Source: Ignavibacteria bacterium (GTDB taxonomy: Bacteria; Bacteroidota; Ignavibacteria; Kapaibacteriales; UBA4661). From it: a DNA stretch of 64,000 nucleotides. Under the pieces are notes generated by a model. That model made no database searches and was not told where the DNA came from. It was given only the letters and a program-made list of their open reading frames with translations. The DNA is taken from positions 60,051-124,050 of the forward strand of contig CANHDJ010000002.1 of assembly GCA_947459425.1 (NCBI GenBank), written 5' to 3'. Of the stretch, positions 1 through 10,367 are shown one piece after another. Each line of letters begins with the position of its first letter. The stretch's first letter is position 1. A program made the position numbers and the translations under genes.

Positions 1-1314
1 CAAACGAATTTCGTTGCTGTACTGCATCTCGGCAAACATTTCCATCGAATAGCCCGTCAAATTCACAAACTCGCCATTGACAAACTCCAATCGCAAGCCG
101 CTTTCGCTCTTGACGCTTTGCACAATCCCAACGGGTAAGCCTTGAATCAACGCCCGATAGCGCTGCTCGCTAATGCGAAGGCGATTTTCCGCTTCCTTTT
201 GCGAAGAAATATCCACCGACGAGCAGACAACTTCTTTAATAACGCCATTGTCAATAATCGGCGCAAGAAAGTTCAGATAGGTTGCGCCATAGAGTTCCGT
301 TTCAAAGCGCATAAATTTCCCATGAAAAGCAGAGTCGAAGTGCTTTTGGTAGAGCGCTTGCATTTTGCGACCAAAAATTTCCGTCAATGCTTTGCCGCGC
401 ACCGATTCAGTATCTAAGCCAAAGTTCGCAGCAATACGCCCTTCAAAAAGGGAAATCAAATATTCGCCATTCGGCGCACGGTACGCCTTGATGACGAGGT
501 TTTGAAGATTACGTACTGTTTCGCGGAAATCCTCGCGCAAGGCGGTTTCGAGTTCGGCACGGGCTTTATCGCGCTCGGCTTCGCGGCGTTGTAGTTTTTC
601 TAGTAATTGGTTGAAACCATCGGCTAATGCGCCAATTTCATCATCGCCGCCGCGCCGTTCAAAACGTTCGGAAAAGTCATTATGCTGCGAAATATATTGC
701 ATAAAACCGGACAGCGATAAAATTCGCCCCGAAATAAGACGCTGCATCCATAGCGCCAAAACAAGCGAAGCCAGCGTAATTGCCATTCCCACGCCTGTCA
801 TCGTGATGCCGTAGCTGCGAATCCTCGCTTCCAATTCCTGAGTCGAAACACGCAGCAGCACGGTAAATGACTCATCATTTTTGGTAATAATGCGGCGATA
901 CAGCACCAGTTCGTCGGCACGAAATTCGGAAAAACCGTGAGCAGTCGAATCAAAAACAATACTATTGGAAAGCGTTCCCTCACGGTTGATATTCGCACGT
1001 TGATTGGGGTGGATGTATTCAGCAAATAACTTGTTTTCTTTGTCATAAATGCACGCATAGCGCACCGATGTTATGGCAGAGAGCATTCCCAAGGAAGCCG
1101 CAGCATCATCGGAATTTTGGAATGCCAACGCGCCGATATTATTGTCACCAACGACTTGCGCCAATACAGAAGTATTCCGCACCATATCACGCTTCAATGC
1201 ACGAACATTGGCAATGCTCACGAGCGTAAAGCCGATAGCAAGTGCCGAGACGGTGCAAAGCAGGATAATACCGAGAAGTTTTGCGCGAATTGATATGTTG
1301 GCGAGCCATTTCAT
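1..1314 (-). CDS. Membrane sensor, CHASE8-type periplasmic domain + HAMP + PAS domains; truncated at window start so output domain unseen (YfiN-like architecture)
   Basis: Hand translation from ATG 1314: MKWLANISIRAKLLGIILL..TM..NIGALAFQNSDDAAASLGML (CHASE8-like), second TM, HAMP motif GDDEIGALADGFNQLL, then PAS-like segments; no stop found in the stretches translated. Confidence 0.8.
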   Translation of the reverse strand, partial: MKWLANISIRAKLLGIILLCTVSALAIGFTLVSIANVRALKRDMVRNTSVLAQVVGDNNIGALAFQNSDDAAASLGMLSAITSVRYACIYDKENKLFAEYIHPNQRANINREGTLSNSIVFDSTAHGFSEFRADELVLYRRIITKNDESFTVLLRVSTQELEARIRSYGITMTGVGMAITLASLVLALWMQRLISGRILSLSGFMQYISQHNDFSERFERRGGDDEIGALADGFNQLLEKLQRREAERDKARAELETALREDFRETVRNLQNLVIKAYRAPNGEYLISLFEGRIAANFGLDTESVRGKALTEIFGRKMQALYQKHFDSAFHGKFMRFETELYGATYLNFLAPIIDNGVIKEVVCSSVDISSQKEAENRLRISEQRYRALIQGLPVGIVQSVKSESGLRLEFVNGEFVNLTGYSMEMFAEMQYSNEIRL

Positions 1315-1415
1315 GCGAGAACTCCCTTAGGAAAAATGCAAATGTAGATGCGGAATGGTGATACGGAACTATGGTGCGGATTCGTGCTGCGAGTTCTATA
1401 GTGTAGAAAGCGGCT

Positions 1416-2027
1416 CTATTCCTTCGCCTTCGAGTATTGCCGCCCGTGACGCAAGAGCTGCGAACTGGAGCGTAATTTACTGGCAGACATTTCTTCGGTG
1501 TTATACTCAAAACGCACTTTCGTATTTTCAATATAAAAATTCATCATGCCGCCGCGCAATAAAAAATCGTTATCGCGCCCAATGGTGAGAATATTTCGTC
1601 CCCGAGTTTTGCTCAATATCTGTGTAAGTTTACTATTTTCAGTCGGAGCGACAAAAATGACTTGACAACGAGCAATTTCGTCCAAATTGTTCACGTGCCG
1701 TACTTCGATCGCACGTCCATCTGCCAAGCGCTTTTGGCGCGTAATGTCCAGTAAAAAATTTTCCACGCGACTCGTTCCGATAAAGCCAACAACAAATGCC
1801 TCTTGCAGCGATAGTGCCGGGAACTCAATAAATTGCAAAAACTGCCAAATAAACGCAGCTTCGATTTTCTCCTCCTCCGCCTGAATTTGCTGTGTGCCTT
1901 GCGTTCCTTTGGAATCAAGACCATGAGAAATTCGTTCACCCCAAGCAGCATTGCCATAAACATACCGACTGCCAAAGAAAATAAGGCAGCAAAGGATAAA
2001 TTGGTATGGACGAATACGCGGGATCAT
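1416..2027 (-). CDS. YfiR family (DUF4154) periplasmic protein
   Basis: Signal-like N-terminus, EEKIEAAFIWQFLQFIEFP, CQVIFV, ILTIG..DFLLRGGMMNF, SSQLLR motifs; upstream of CHASE8-HAMP sensor; 4-nt overlap with uvrA stop. Confidence 0.85.
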   Translation of the reverse strand: MIPRIRPYQFILCCLIFFGSRYVYGNAAWGERISHGLDSKGTQGTQQIQAEEEKIEAAFIWQFLQFIEFPALSLQEAFVVGFIGTSRVENFLLDITRQKRLADGRAIEVRHVNNLDEIARCQVIFVAPTENSKLTQILSKTRGRNILTIGRDNDFLLRGGMMNFYIENTKVRFEYNTEEMSASKLRSSSQLLRHGRQYSKAKE

Positions 2028-5000
2028 TTTTTCGTTGTTTTCGTAGGCTTGATTTCTTTGGTTTTTGCTGCTTTCGGCTTTGCGGCTTTGGGCTTGGTTT
2101 CTTTGATCTTCGTTTCGTTGGATTGTACTTCTTTCAGTTTTACTTCTTTCAGTTTTACTTCTTTGGGTTTCGTTTCTTTGACCTTCGTTTTCGCTGCTTT
2201 CGCTTTTGGCGTTTTGGCCGATTGGAGAGTATCTTCTTCGATTTGAATACCAATAGTCGAAGATGGTTTACTGATAGCCGATGGCGCATATTTGCGGTCG
2301 CGCTCTAATTCTTCCTGCAAATACAATCCCGTATAACTACTGGTCTCTTTATAGCTTTCGGCAACGTATTCCGGCGTACCTTCGGCAACGATGCGCCCTC
2401 CACCCTTACCGCCTTCGGGCCCCAAGTCTATAAGCCAATCGGCGGTCTTGATAACATCCAAGTTGTGTTCTATCACGACCACCGTATTTTTCTTTTCGAC
2501 CAACTTATGCAGAAGTTCCAGCAAAATATTTACATCCTCAAAATGCAGACCAGTTGTGGGTTCGTCAAGGATATAGAGCGTTTTTCCGGTAGAAGTTTTT
2601 GCTAATTCAGTGGCAAGTTTCACGCGCTGCGCCTCGCCGCCAGAGAGCGTCGTTGCTTGCTGCCCGATATGAATATATCCCAAGCCGACTTCCTGCAACG
2701 TATTGACCTGCCGCGCAATTTTGGGAATATCACGGAAAAACCCTACTGCCTCGTCCACCGTCATTGCCAGCACATCCGCGATGGATTTGCCTTTGTACTT
2801 GACTTGCAGCGTTTCGGTGTTGTAGCGCTTACCCGTGCAAACGTCGCATGGAACGTACACGTCGGGTAGGAAATTCATCTCAATTTTTTTCACGCCGTCG
2901 CCTTCACAGGCTTCGCAGCGCCCGCCGCCTTTGGTGGAATCTACGTTGAACGAAAAGCGCCCGGGCTTGTAGCCGCGAATATTCGCTTCGGGAAGTTGCG
3001 AAAACAGATCGCGGATATGCGTAAATAAGCCCGTGTAGGTCGCTGGATTTGAGCGTGGAGTCCGTCCAATCGGCGATTGGTCAATTTCTATTACTTTGTC
3101 AATATGTTCCAAACCCTTGATTGCGCCGTACTGCAAAGGTGCTGTGAGCGAATTGTAGAAATGGCGCGAGAGAATTGGATACAGCGTGTCGTTGACCAGT
3201 GTTGATTTGCCACTTCCGCTCATACCCGTTATACACGTAAAGGTTTCAAGCGGGATGCGGAGCGTCACGTCCTGCAAATTATTCCCAATCGCATTTTCCA
3301 GCACAAGTGATTTATCGCTTCCCGGACGGCGCGGTCGGTCGCTGGCAATAATCCTGCGTCCGGACAGATAATCTGCCGTGATGGAATCCGTCTGCTGCAT
3401 GAGTTCATTGGGTGTTCCGGCAAACATCATTTCGCCGCCATGAATCCCGGCTTTCGGTCCCAAATCAATGACGAAATCTGCTTCCTCAATCATTTCGCGG
3501 TCGTGTTCGACGACAATGACCGTGTTTCCCAAGTCGCGGAGGCTTTTGAGCGAACCAATCAACTTGCGATTATCATGCTGATGCAGCCCGATACTTGGCT
3601 CGTCGAGAACATACATCACGCCCGTCAACTGCGAGCCAATCTGGGACGCAAGCCGTATGCGCTGCCCTTCGCCCCCCGAAAGCGTCCGTGCGGTGCGGCT
3701 CAGAGTCAGGTATTGCAAGCCCACTTCCTGCAAAAAGGATAGGCGTGTGGTAATTTCTCGCAAAATAAGTCGCGCAATCGTCTCTTCGCGTTGCGTCAGT
3801 GGCAGTGCGCGGAAGTGCGCCAAGGCTTCGCTTACCGACAGAGCGCCAATTTCGCCAATGGTCTTTCCGCCCACACGCACATTCAAACTTTCCGGCTTCA
3901 AACGCCCGCCGTTGCAGGTGGCGCAAGGTACGGCAGACATATATTGTTCGATATTGGCGCGAATCGCCGTCGAGGTTGTTTTTTCATATTGGTCTTGCAA
4001 ATTCGCCACAATACCGGAAAAACGCTGTTTGTACGTGGTCACGCGCCCGCTTGAGAGCTTGTAGTCCACCGAAAACAGCCGTGAGCCGGTGCCGCGCAAG
4101 AGCGTCTGCATTTCCTCTGCATTGATTTTGCCGACGGGTGTGGAGAGTTTGATGCCGAATTCTTTACAGACTGCCTCGACTTGCCGCCAAATCCACGTAT
4201 CGCGCAATTTGCCAAGCGGTGCAATACCGCCGTCTTCAAGCGAAACTGTCTTGTCTGGCATAAACAGTGCCGTGTTGAAATCCCGAATTTCCCCTAATCC
4301 CTGACACGCAGGACACGCACCAAACGGCGAATTGAAGGAAAATGCGTTGGGCGCAAGAAGTTCGTAGGAACGCTGGCATTTGGGGCAAGCATTTGACTGA
4401 CTAAAAAAGAGTTCGCGGCGCAGGGGAAGCCCGATAACGCCTGTTTTTCCGTCTTCGGCAGGCGCATTTTCTTCGGTGAGAATCGTTAGCACACCTTCGC
4501 CCATTTTCATCGCCAACGCGCAGGAATCGCGCAGACGCTGCTCTTGGTCTGTAGCAATCACAATGCGGTCTATGACGACCTCAATGGTGTGAATTTGATA
4601 CCGCGCAAGTTGCATTCCTTCGGTAATTTCCTGCAAACGTCCGTCCACCCGAACCCGCGTGTAACCTTGCTTGCGGAACTGGTCGAACTGTTCCCGGTAA
4701 TGCCCTTTTCGTCCGCGTACCACGGGCGCAAGCACGTGAAGTTTTGCCCCCGCGCCGATAGCCATAATACTTTCGATAATTTGGTCGAAAGACTGTTTAA
4801 TTACGGGCATTTCGGGATGGTCAACGCAATGCTGAATGCCAATTTTTGAATACAAGAGCCGCACGTAATCATACACTTCCGTCACCGTGCCAACGGTGGA
4901 GCGTGGATTCGAGCCAACGGTTTTTTGCTCAATCGAAATAGCGGGTGAAAGCCCATCAATAGAGTCAACATCGGGCTTTTCCATCATGCCCAAAAACTGG

Positions 5001-5263
5001 CGGGCGTAGGGGGAAAGCGATTCGACATAGCGCCGTTGCCCCTCAGCATAAATCGTATCAAACGCAAGCGAGGATTTACCGGAGCCGGAAAGTCCCGTCA
5101 TCACGACGAGCTGCTCACGGGGAATATCCACACTGACGTTTTTGAGATTATGCTCCTTTGCGCCACGCACAATGACGTGCGAAAATTCGCTTTCAAGGAT
5201 ACCATCGTCGTGGAAAGAGTCGTTGGGGCTGTCGGGTTTCGTATAATTTTGCGTGATGTCCAT
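2024..5263 (-). CDS. uvrA: Excinuclease ABC subunit A with Lys-rich C-terminal tail
   Basis: Two Walker A motifs ([16 protein letters not shown]), LSGGE signatures, CxxC zinc fingers, GAKEHNLKN; ATG 5263 chosen over TTG 5284. Confidence 0.98.
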   Translation of the reverse strand: MDITQNYTKPDSPNDSFHDDGILESEFSHVIVRGAKEHNLKNVSVDIPREQLVVMTGLSGSGKSSLAFDTIYAEGQRRYVESLSPYARQFLGMMEKPDVDSIDGLSPAISIEQKTVGSNPRSTVGTVTEVYDYVRLLYSKIGIQHCVDHPEMPVIKQSFDQIIESIMAIGAGAKLHVLAPVVRGRKGHYREQFDQFRKQGYTRVRVDGRLQEITEGMQLARYQIHTIEVVIDRIVIATDQEQRLRDSCALAMKMGEGVLTILTEENAPAEDGKTGVIGLPLRRELFFSQSNACPKCQRSYELLAPNAFSFNSPFGACPACQGLGEIRDFNTALFMPDKTVSLEDGGIAPLGKLRDTWIWRQVEAVCKEFGIKLSTPVGKINAEEMQTLLRGTGSRLFSVDYKLSSGRVTTYKQRFSGIVANLQDQYEKTTSTAIRANIEQYMSAVPCATCNGGRLKPESLNVRVGGKTIGEIGALSVSEALAHFRALPLTQREETIARLILREITTRLSFLQEVGLQYLTLSRTARTLSGGEGQRIRLASQIGSQLTGVMYVLDEPSIGLHQHDNRKLIGSLKSLRDLGNTVIVVEHDREMIEEADFVIDLGPKAGIHGGEMMFAGTPNELMQQTDSITADYLSGRRIIASDRPRRPGSDKSLVLENAIGNNLQDVTLRIPLETFTCITGMSGSGKSTLVNDTLYPILSRHFYNSLTAPLQYGAIKGLEHIDKVIEIDQSPIGRTPRSNPATYTGLFTHIRDLFSQLPEANIRGYKPGRFSFNVDSTKGGGRCEACEGDGVKKIEMNFLPDVYVPCDVCTGKRYNTETLQVKYKGKSIADVLAMTVDEAVGFFRDIPKIARQVNTLQEVGLGYIHIGQQATTLSGGEAQRVKLATELAKTSTGKTLYILDEPTTGLHFEDVNILLELLHKLVEKKNTVVVIEHNLDVIKTADWLIDLGPEGGKGGGRIVAEGTPEYVAESYKETSSYTGLYLQEELERDRKYAPSAISKPSSTIGIQIEEDTLQSAKTPKAKAAKTKVKETKPKEVKLKEVKLKEVQSNETKIKETKPKAAKPKAAKTKEIKPTKTTKK
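2126..2170. repeat. 15-bp tandem repeat (TACTTCTTTCAGTTT x2 plus degenerate third copy) inside the uvrA tail
   Basis: Units 2126-2140, 2141-2155, 2156-2170; encodes KEVKL-type pentapeptides. Confidence 0.9.
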
Positions 5264-5307
5264 TACTCCAGAAGATACTAGCAATCAAGGTTGTGGGAAT
5301 TATCGCT

Positions 5308-5345
5308 GCCAACTACCCGTCGGCGTTTGCCTTCGGGGGAGTTTT
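5308..5345 (-). mobile_element. Possible solo IS200/IS605-type end hairpin upstream of uvrA
   Basis: Minus strand reads AAACTCCCCCGAAGGCAAACGCCGACGGGTAGTTGGC, an imperfect GC hairpin followed by GGGTAGTTGGC resembling the GGGTAGTTGAC ends of TnpB/IscB elements. Confidence 0.4.
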
Positions 5346-5451
5346 TGTGTAAATTACTCTTCCTGAACACAAAAAACACGCCTTGACAAGAAAGCAAGAT
5401 GCCAAAAAATCGGCATTTCGTCAACAACGAAATAACATTTTGTGAATTTTT

Positions 5452-5976
5452 ATGCTACAACGACTCTATCACACCTTGCGCTTCAAATTGCTGGAAATGC
5501 GCGGCTTGACGAATCTCCCCGTCATCGCTCCACCAAGTTCTTCGCGGTCACTGGACGAGCGCGAGTTGTATCCACATCTTTTTCCGAATTACAAACCCGA
5601 AGCAACGCCTGAAATCACGGTTGGTTCGATTTTGACGTGGATATTGCTCAAACTCGCAGTGTTGATGCCCCTGATGTGGTATTTGTTCGAGCGTTTTCGT
5701 CTTCATGAGTATTGGCTGGTGGGTTTGGGTACGATATGGCTCATCGTCGTCTATCCTGCTTTTATGCAATACCAGCGCTTCAAGGCGCAAACAAAGGTCT
5801 TGGAGGCAAATACGCTGTGCGCAAAATGCCGCCATTTTGATGAAACGGGGCATTTTTGCAAACTCTTGGACGAACACGTCAGCCTGACCTACACGCCCTG
5901 CGGCGGCGAAAGCTGGGAAGCAAAACAAACCTTCGGGCGCAATAACCAAAACGATGAAGACGAAACTTTTTCCTGA
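5452..5976 (+). CDS. Hypothetical 2-TM membrane protein with C-terminal cysteine cluster
   Basis: Two hydrophobic helices then CAKC..FC..TPC. Confidence 0.7.
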   Translation: MLQRLYHTLRFKLLEMRGLTNLPVIAPPSSSRSLDERELYPHLFPNYKPEATPEITVGSILTWILLKLAVLMPLMWYLFERFRLHEYWLVGLGTIWLIVVYPAFMQYQRFKAQTKVLEANTLCAKCRHFDETGHFCKLLDEHVSLTYTPCGGESWEAKQTFGRNNQNDEDETFS

Positions 5977-5993
5977 ATGTATTCTCCCAAACT

Positions 5994-6575
5994 ATGAACA
6001 CTTTTGCTGAACAATATTACGACCAACCGGAGCGCGTTGGCTTTGGAAGGCGCTTTGCGGCGACTTTGCTGGATGGATTGATTGTTGCCGTTATCACCAC
6101 AATTCTCGCTTTTACCGTCGGCACAAAACTTCTGCACGTGCTGAATTTAGACGACGATACCGAACTCAGTATCTTTAGCGACACCGATTCCTCCGACGAC
6201 GAGGCAGAAGAAATGTTCAAATCGCTGAACATCAATCCCGGTATGCTTGGGATGTTGACGATATTGAACAATCTCGTCATGCTGATCTACAGCCTGAGCG
6301 AACTCCTGACCAATGCTTCTCCGGGCAAACGTTTGATGGGAATTGCCATTGGAAGCGACGAAGGCGCACCCGCTACCAAAGCACTGCTTTTACGCCGTTG
6401 GGCATTAAAATACGTGGCTTACGGACTGGCGCTCTTTCCTTTAACGGCGATGCTCGGCTCTATTGTGAGTTTTCTGATAACGTGCGGTTGCCTGATGGCG
6501 ATTGGTGCGCAACGCCAAGCGCTGCATGATATGGCGGTTCATTCGGCGGTGTATTTCCGTGAGGATGTTGCATAA
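5994..6575 (+). CDS. RDD family membrane protein
   Basis: GFGRRFAATLLDG, SPGKRLMGI, RQALHDMAVHSAV motifs. Confidence 0.9.
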   Translation: MNTFAEQYYDQPERVGFGRRFAATLLDGLIVAVITTILAFTVGTKLLHVLNLDDDTELSIFSDTDSSDDEAEEMFKSLNINPGMLGMLTILNNLVMLIYSLSELLTNASPGKRLMGIAIGSDEGAPATKALLLRRWALKYVAYGLALFPLTAMLGSIVSFLITCGCLMAIGAQRQALHDMAVHSAVYFREDVA

Positions 6576-6676
6576 AAGCAGGCGATGATGTGTTGCCGAT
6601 TCTCTTTGCGCGTTTGCGCTTGAATTGCGATATTGCCGCATTATCACGATATTTCCATCTTTTTCCACAAAAAGCC

Positions 6677-7216
6677 ATGATTACGAACCTCTTGAACCGC
6701 TTGTTTCTGCTCCTGACCTCGCGTCCGGTGCTGATTGGCTTCGCTTTGGCGCTGTCGCTGGGCGCAATCCCAATGCTCCAAACACAATGGAATTTTTTAC
6801 AAGGCTTTTGGACAACTCAGCCGACCGATGAAATGCTGGAGGACATGGAGGGCTTGATTGACGGCGTTGGCGGCATTTTAGTCGCAGCCGGAGTGTTTTT
6901 GGAAGAGCGCGAAACACTGCGTAAAATGGCGCACCGCGTCGGCGAAAGAATTGCAGCTGAGGAAACAAGCCATACGCAAGAATATTTGAACGAAATTGCC
7001 CATCAAAACGGGATGGGACTGCTTCTGGTGGGTTTGTTTATGGAAATTGGAACACTGCTGGTGAAAATGCCCTCGAAACTCCTTGATACCAATCAAAACG
7101 AAAAATACATTTTCGCAGCCTGTCTCTTGCTCACAGGCGTAAGTTTGTTTATCTTGCTCGACTTTTTGAAAGATTATTGCAAAACCTATTTTCTCGCAGA
7201 ATTTAAGCACCATTAA
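6677..7216 (+). CDS. Hypothetical multi-TM membrane protein
   Basis: About four hydrophobic segments; ATG 6677 avoids overlap with upstream gene. Confidence 0.65.
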   Translation: MITNLLNRLFLLLTSRPVLIGFALALSLGAIPMLQTQWNFLQGFWTTQPTDEMLEDMEGLIDGVGGILVAAGVFLEERETLRKMAHRVGERIAAEETSHTQEYLNEIAHQNGMGLLLVGLFMEIGTLLVKMPSKLLDTNQNEKYIFAACLLLTGVSLFILLDFLKDYCKTYFLAEFKHH

Positions 7217-7237
7217 CCACTTTACCTTCAATCGTTT

Positions 7238-7963
7238 ATGATGGAACTACTTACTTCGCCCGCCGCATGGCTGAGTTTTTTGATGCTCTCGGTAATGGAA
7301 ATCGTTCTGGGCATTGACAATGTGATTTTTATCTCAATCGTTGTGAACCGCTTGCCGGAGGCGCAGCGCAAGCAAGCACGGTTTATCGGTTTGGGGCTGG
7401 CGCTGGTGTTTCGCCTGATTTTGCTATCATTTTTGTCCTACATGGTCGGAATGACGGCTTCACTTTTTACGGTAATGGATCATGGTGTGACGGGGCGTGA
7501 TTTGGTGCTGTTTGGCGGCGGTCTTTTCCTCATGGCAAAAACCACGCGGGAAATTCACGACAGCATGACCGACCACGATGCCGCCGGAAGTATGAAAAAC
7601 CGCTCAACGCTTTTTGGCGTTATTCTCCAAGTCGTTATTCTTGACATTGTGTTTTCGTTTGATTCCGTACTGACTGCCATTGGCTTATCGAATCAAATTC
7701 CCGTGATGATGGCAGCGGTGATTGTGTCGCTGATTGTGATGCTCATTTTTGCTGGTGCTATCAGCGAATTTATTGAGCGGAACCCGACTATGAAAATGCT
7801 GGCGCTTTCGTTTCTCATGCTTGTCGGATTTCTCCTTGTGGCAGAGAGTTTCCATATTGAAGTTCCGAAAGGATACATTTATTTTGCGATGGCGTTTTCG
7901 TTTTTGGTGGAGATTCTCAATATGCGGATTCGTGGAAAATCGGCTCCGACACAAACGAAATAA
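7238..7963 (+). CDS. TerC family membrane protein
   Basis: MEIVLGIDNVIFI, DIVFSFDSVLTAIG, LKMLALSFL-like motifs. Confidence 0.93.
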   Translation: MMELLTSPAAWLSFLMLSVMEIVLGIDNVIFISIVVNRLPEAQRKQARFIGLGLALVFRLILLSFLSYMVGMTASLFTVMDHGVTGRDLVLFGGGLFLMAKTTREIHDSMTDHDAAGSMKNRSTLFGVILQVVILDIVFSFDSVLTAIGLSNQIPVMMAAVIVSLIVMLIFAGAISEFIERNPTMKMLALSFLMLVGFLLVAESFHIEVPKGYIYFAMAFSFLVEILNMRIRGKSAPTQTK

Positions 7964-8017
7964 GAAGTTTATACGACAATCAATCATTTCGCCCAACTTT
8001 TTTCAATATCAGTTTTT

Positions 8018-9148
8018 ATGAGCGCTACAACCATTCGACTCGTTGAAAATGAACAAGACCGTATGCGGTTTATCAAATCGCAATGGAATTTCTACAAAGG
8101 CGATAAAAACTGGGTTCCACCGCTTATTGATGAGCGAAAAAAGCTCCTGAGCGTCACAAAAAACCCGTTTTATCAGCACTCTAAATTGCGGATGTTCCTT
8201 GCCGAGCGCGGGAGCGAGGTTGTAGGACGCATTGCGGCTATTACCAACGACAATCACAACAAACGCTTCAACGACAAAGTAGGTTTTATCGGCTTTTTCG
8301 AGTGTGAAAACAGCCAAGCGACTGCCGATGCGCTCTTCCACGCCGCCGAAGCATGGCTGAAAAGTGAAGGAAAAGACACCGCACGAGGTCCGGTGAACCC
8401 TTCGATGAACGATGAAGCCGCACTGCTGGTGGATGGTTTTGATTCGCCTCCAACGGTTTTAACGACCTATAATCCCGCCTATTATCCGGCTCTTTTCGAC
8501 AATGCGGGCTACAAAAAAGTGAAAGATAATTTTGCCTATATCTTGAAGCACGAAGACTATAAGTCCGATAAAATGAAGCGTTTGCAAGAGGCAATTCGTG
8601 AGCGGAACAAGATTACGATACGGGAAGTCAATTTCAAAGACAAAGCACAATTCAAAAAAGACACCGACGCGATTAAGCTCATTTACAACGCCGCATGGGT
8701 GAATAATTGGGGCATGGTGGAGTTCACCGATGCCGAATGGGACGCGCTCGTGAACGACCTCAAACCCGTCGCCGACCCGCATATTATCTTCCTTGCCGAA
8801 GTCGATGGCAAACCAGCCGGATTCCTTCTGGCGCTGCCCGATATTAACCGCGCCATGATTCACAACTCTTCCGGTTCGCTTTTGGGAGCAGGATGGAATC
8901 TGCTAACGAAGCAAAAAGAAGTGGATTTCTGCCGCATTATCATCATGGGCGTACTGCCGGAATACCGCAAAACAGGCGCAGATGCCGTGATGTATTATGA
9001 AATCGGCGACCGCGCTTCAAAAAAATATCCCGCCGGAGGCGAGGCATCATGGATTGACGAGGCAAACGCCGATATGAACTTAGCACTGACTAGAACGATG
9101 AAAGGTAAGATTTACAAAACCTATCGCATTTACGACAAAGCGCTGTAA
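8018..9148 (+). CDS. Tandem-GNAT acyltransferase, bacterial ceramide synthase (bCerS)-like
   Basis: NWVPPLIDER..KNPFY, VVGRIAA, GFIGFFE, RGPVNPSMNDE..LLVDGFDSPP, YNPAYY, NNWG, EASWIDEAN pattern recalled from the bCerS family. Confidence 0.7.
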   Translation: MSATTIRLVENEQDRMRFIKSQWNFYKGDKNWVPPLIDERKKLLSVTKNPFYQHSKLRMFLAERGSEVVGRIAAITNDNHNKRFNDKVGFIGFFECENSQATADALFHAAEAWLKSEGKDTARGPVNPSMNDEAALLVDGFDSPPTVLTTYNPAYYPALFDNAGYKKVKDNFAYILKHEDYKSDKMKRLQEAIRERNKITIREVNFKDKAQFKKDTDAIKLIYNAAWVNNWGMVEFTDAEWDALVNDLKPVADPHIIFLAEVDGKPAGFLLALPDINRAMIHNSSGSLLGAGWNLLTKQKEVDFCRIIIMGVLPEYRKTGADAVMYYEIGDRASKKYPAGGEASWIDEANADMNLALTRTMKGKIYKTYRIYDKAL

Positions 9149-9190
9149 AAACGTGAATCTATCAGCCTTTCCCACGACACACTCCATTCT

Positions 9191-10258
9191 ATGGCTATTT
9201 CCACCTCAGCATTATTGAAAAGTTTTGCCAGCGACAATACCGCCGGAGCGCATCCTGCCGTCATGGAAGCGCTTGCCCGCGCCAATCAAGGACACGCTCT
9301 GGCTTACGGTGTCGACCCGCTCACACAAGAGGCGCTAGAGCGCATACAATCGCACTTTGGAGATCATAGCCACGTGATGTTTGCGTTTAATGGCACGGGA
9401 GCAAATGTGGTCGCGCTCCAAGCAATGACGCGCTCCTTCCATGCGATTCTTTGCGCCGAAACCGCCCACGTCAACGTGGATGAATGCGGTGCGCCGGAAA
9501 AATTCACAGGCGCAAAACTCATCACCATTCCCTCCGATGATGGAAAATTGACACCAAGCATGATTTTACCGCATCTGCACGGTTTCGGCGTGGAGCATCA
9601 TTCCCAGCCCAAAGTCATTGCGCTGACGCAATCCAGCGAATACGGTACGGTCTATACACCCGACGAACTCCGCGCTATCACAGCGCTTGCCCGCCAACAC
9701 GGTATGCTGGTGTTTATGGATGGAGCGCGATTAGCAAATGCGGCGGCACATCTGGGACTGCCGCTTCGTGCTTTTACGACGGACGTGGGGATTGATGCGG
9801 TGAGTTTTGGTGGTACAAAAAATGGTGCAATGTTCGGCGAGGCAATCGTGTTTTGCAATCCCGAAACCGCTTCCAGTCTTGCTTCCAATGCCGCTTTTAT
9901 CCGTAAACAAAGTATGCAGCTTTGCTCAAAAATGCGTTTTGCGGCAGCGCAGTTTTTAGCACTACTGGAAAATGATTGCTGGCTTGCTAATGCTACTCAC
10001 GCCAATACTATGGCACAAGTTCTGGCGGCAGGTCTGCAAACGATTGCTCATGTTCATATTACCCAAAATGTTCAGGCAAACGCTGTCTTTGCAACACTCC
10101 CGCCGCAGTGTATCGCACCATTTCAAGAGCGGCAGCATTTTTACGTGTGGAACGAAACGAAGCACGAAGTACGCTGGATGACCGCATTTGACACGACAGA
10201 AGACGATGTACAAGCCTTTCTTGCAGACTTGAGAGCTACGATACAGCAATACGCTTAA
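9191..10258 (+). CDS. ltaE: Low-specificity L-threonine aldolase
   Basis: FASDN, NGTGANV, AHVNVDECGAPE, MDGARLANA, SFGGTKNG (PLP Lys). Confidence 0.88.
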   Translation: MAISTSALLKSFASDNTAGAHPAVMEALARANQGHALAYGVDPLTQEALERIQSHFGDHSHVMFAFNGTGANVVALQAMTRSFHAILCAETAHVNVDECGAPEKFTGAKLITIPSDDGKLTPSMILPHLHGFGVEHHSQPKVIALTQSSEYGTVYTPDELRAITALARQHGMLVFMDGARLANAAAHLGLPLRAFTTDVGIDAVSFGGTKNGAMFGEAIVFCNPETASSLASNAAFIRKQSMQLCSKMRFAAAQFLALLENDCWLANATHANTMAQVLAAGLQTIAHVHITQNVQANAVFATLPPQCIAPFQERQHFYVWNETKHEVRWMTAFDTTEDDVQAFLADLRATIQQYA

Positions 10259-10367
10259 GTGCAATAGGAAAAAAGCATTACACTTTGTCTTTCCGGCAAG
10301 GATATTCGACGAAAAAACGTAATCAAAAGACATCTCTATTTTCTGCCTTTTACGAAGGTCAATATTT

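Noticed and set aside
5285-5451. LexA/SOS box upstream of uvrA
   Set aside because: No match to LexA motifs I know; the loose GTTTTTGTGT..ACACAAAAAAC inverted repeat cannot be assigned.
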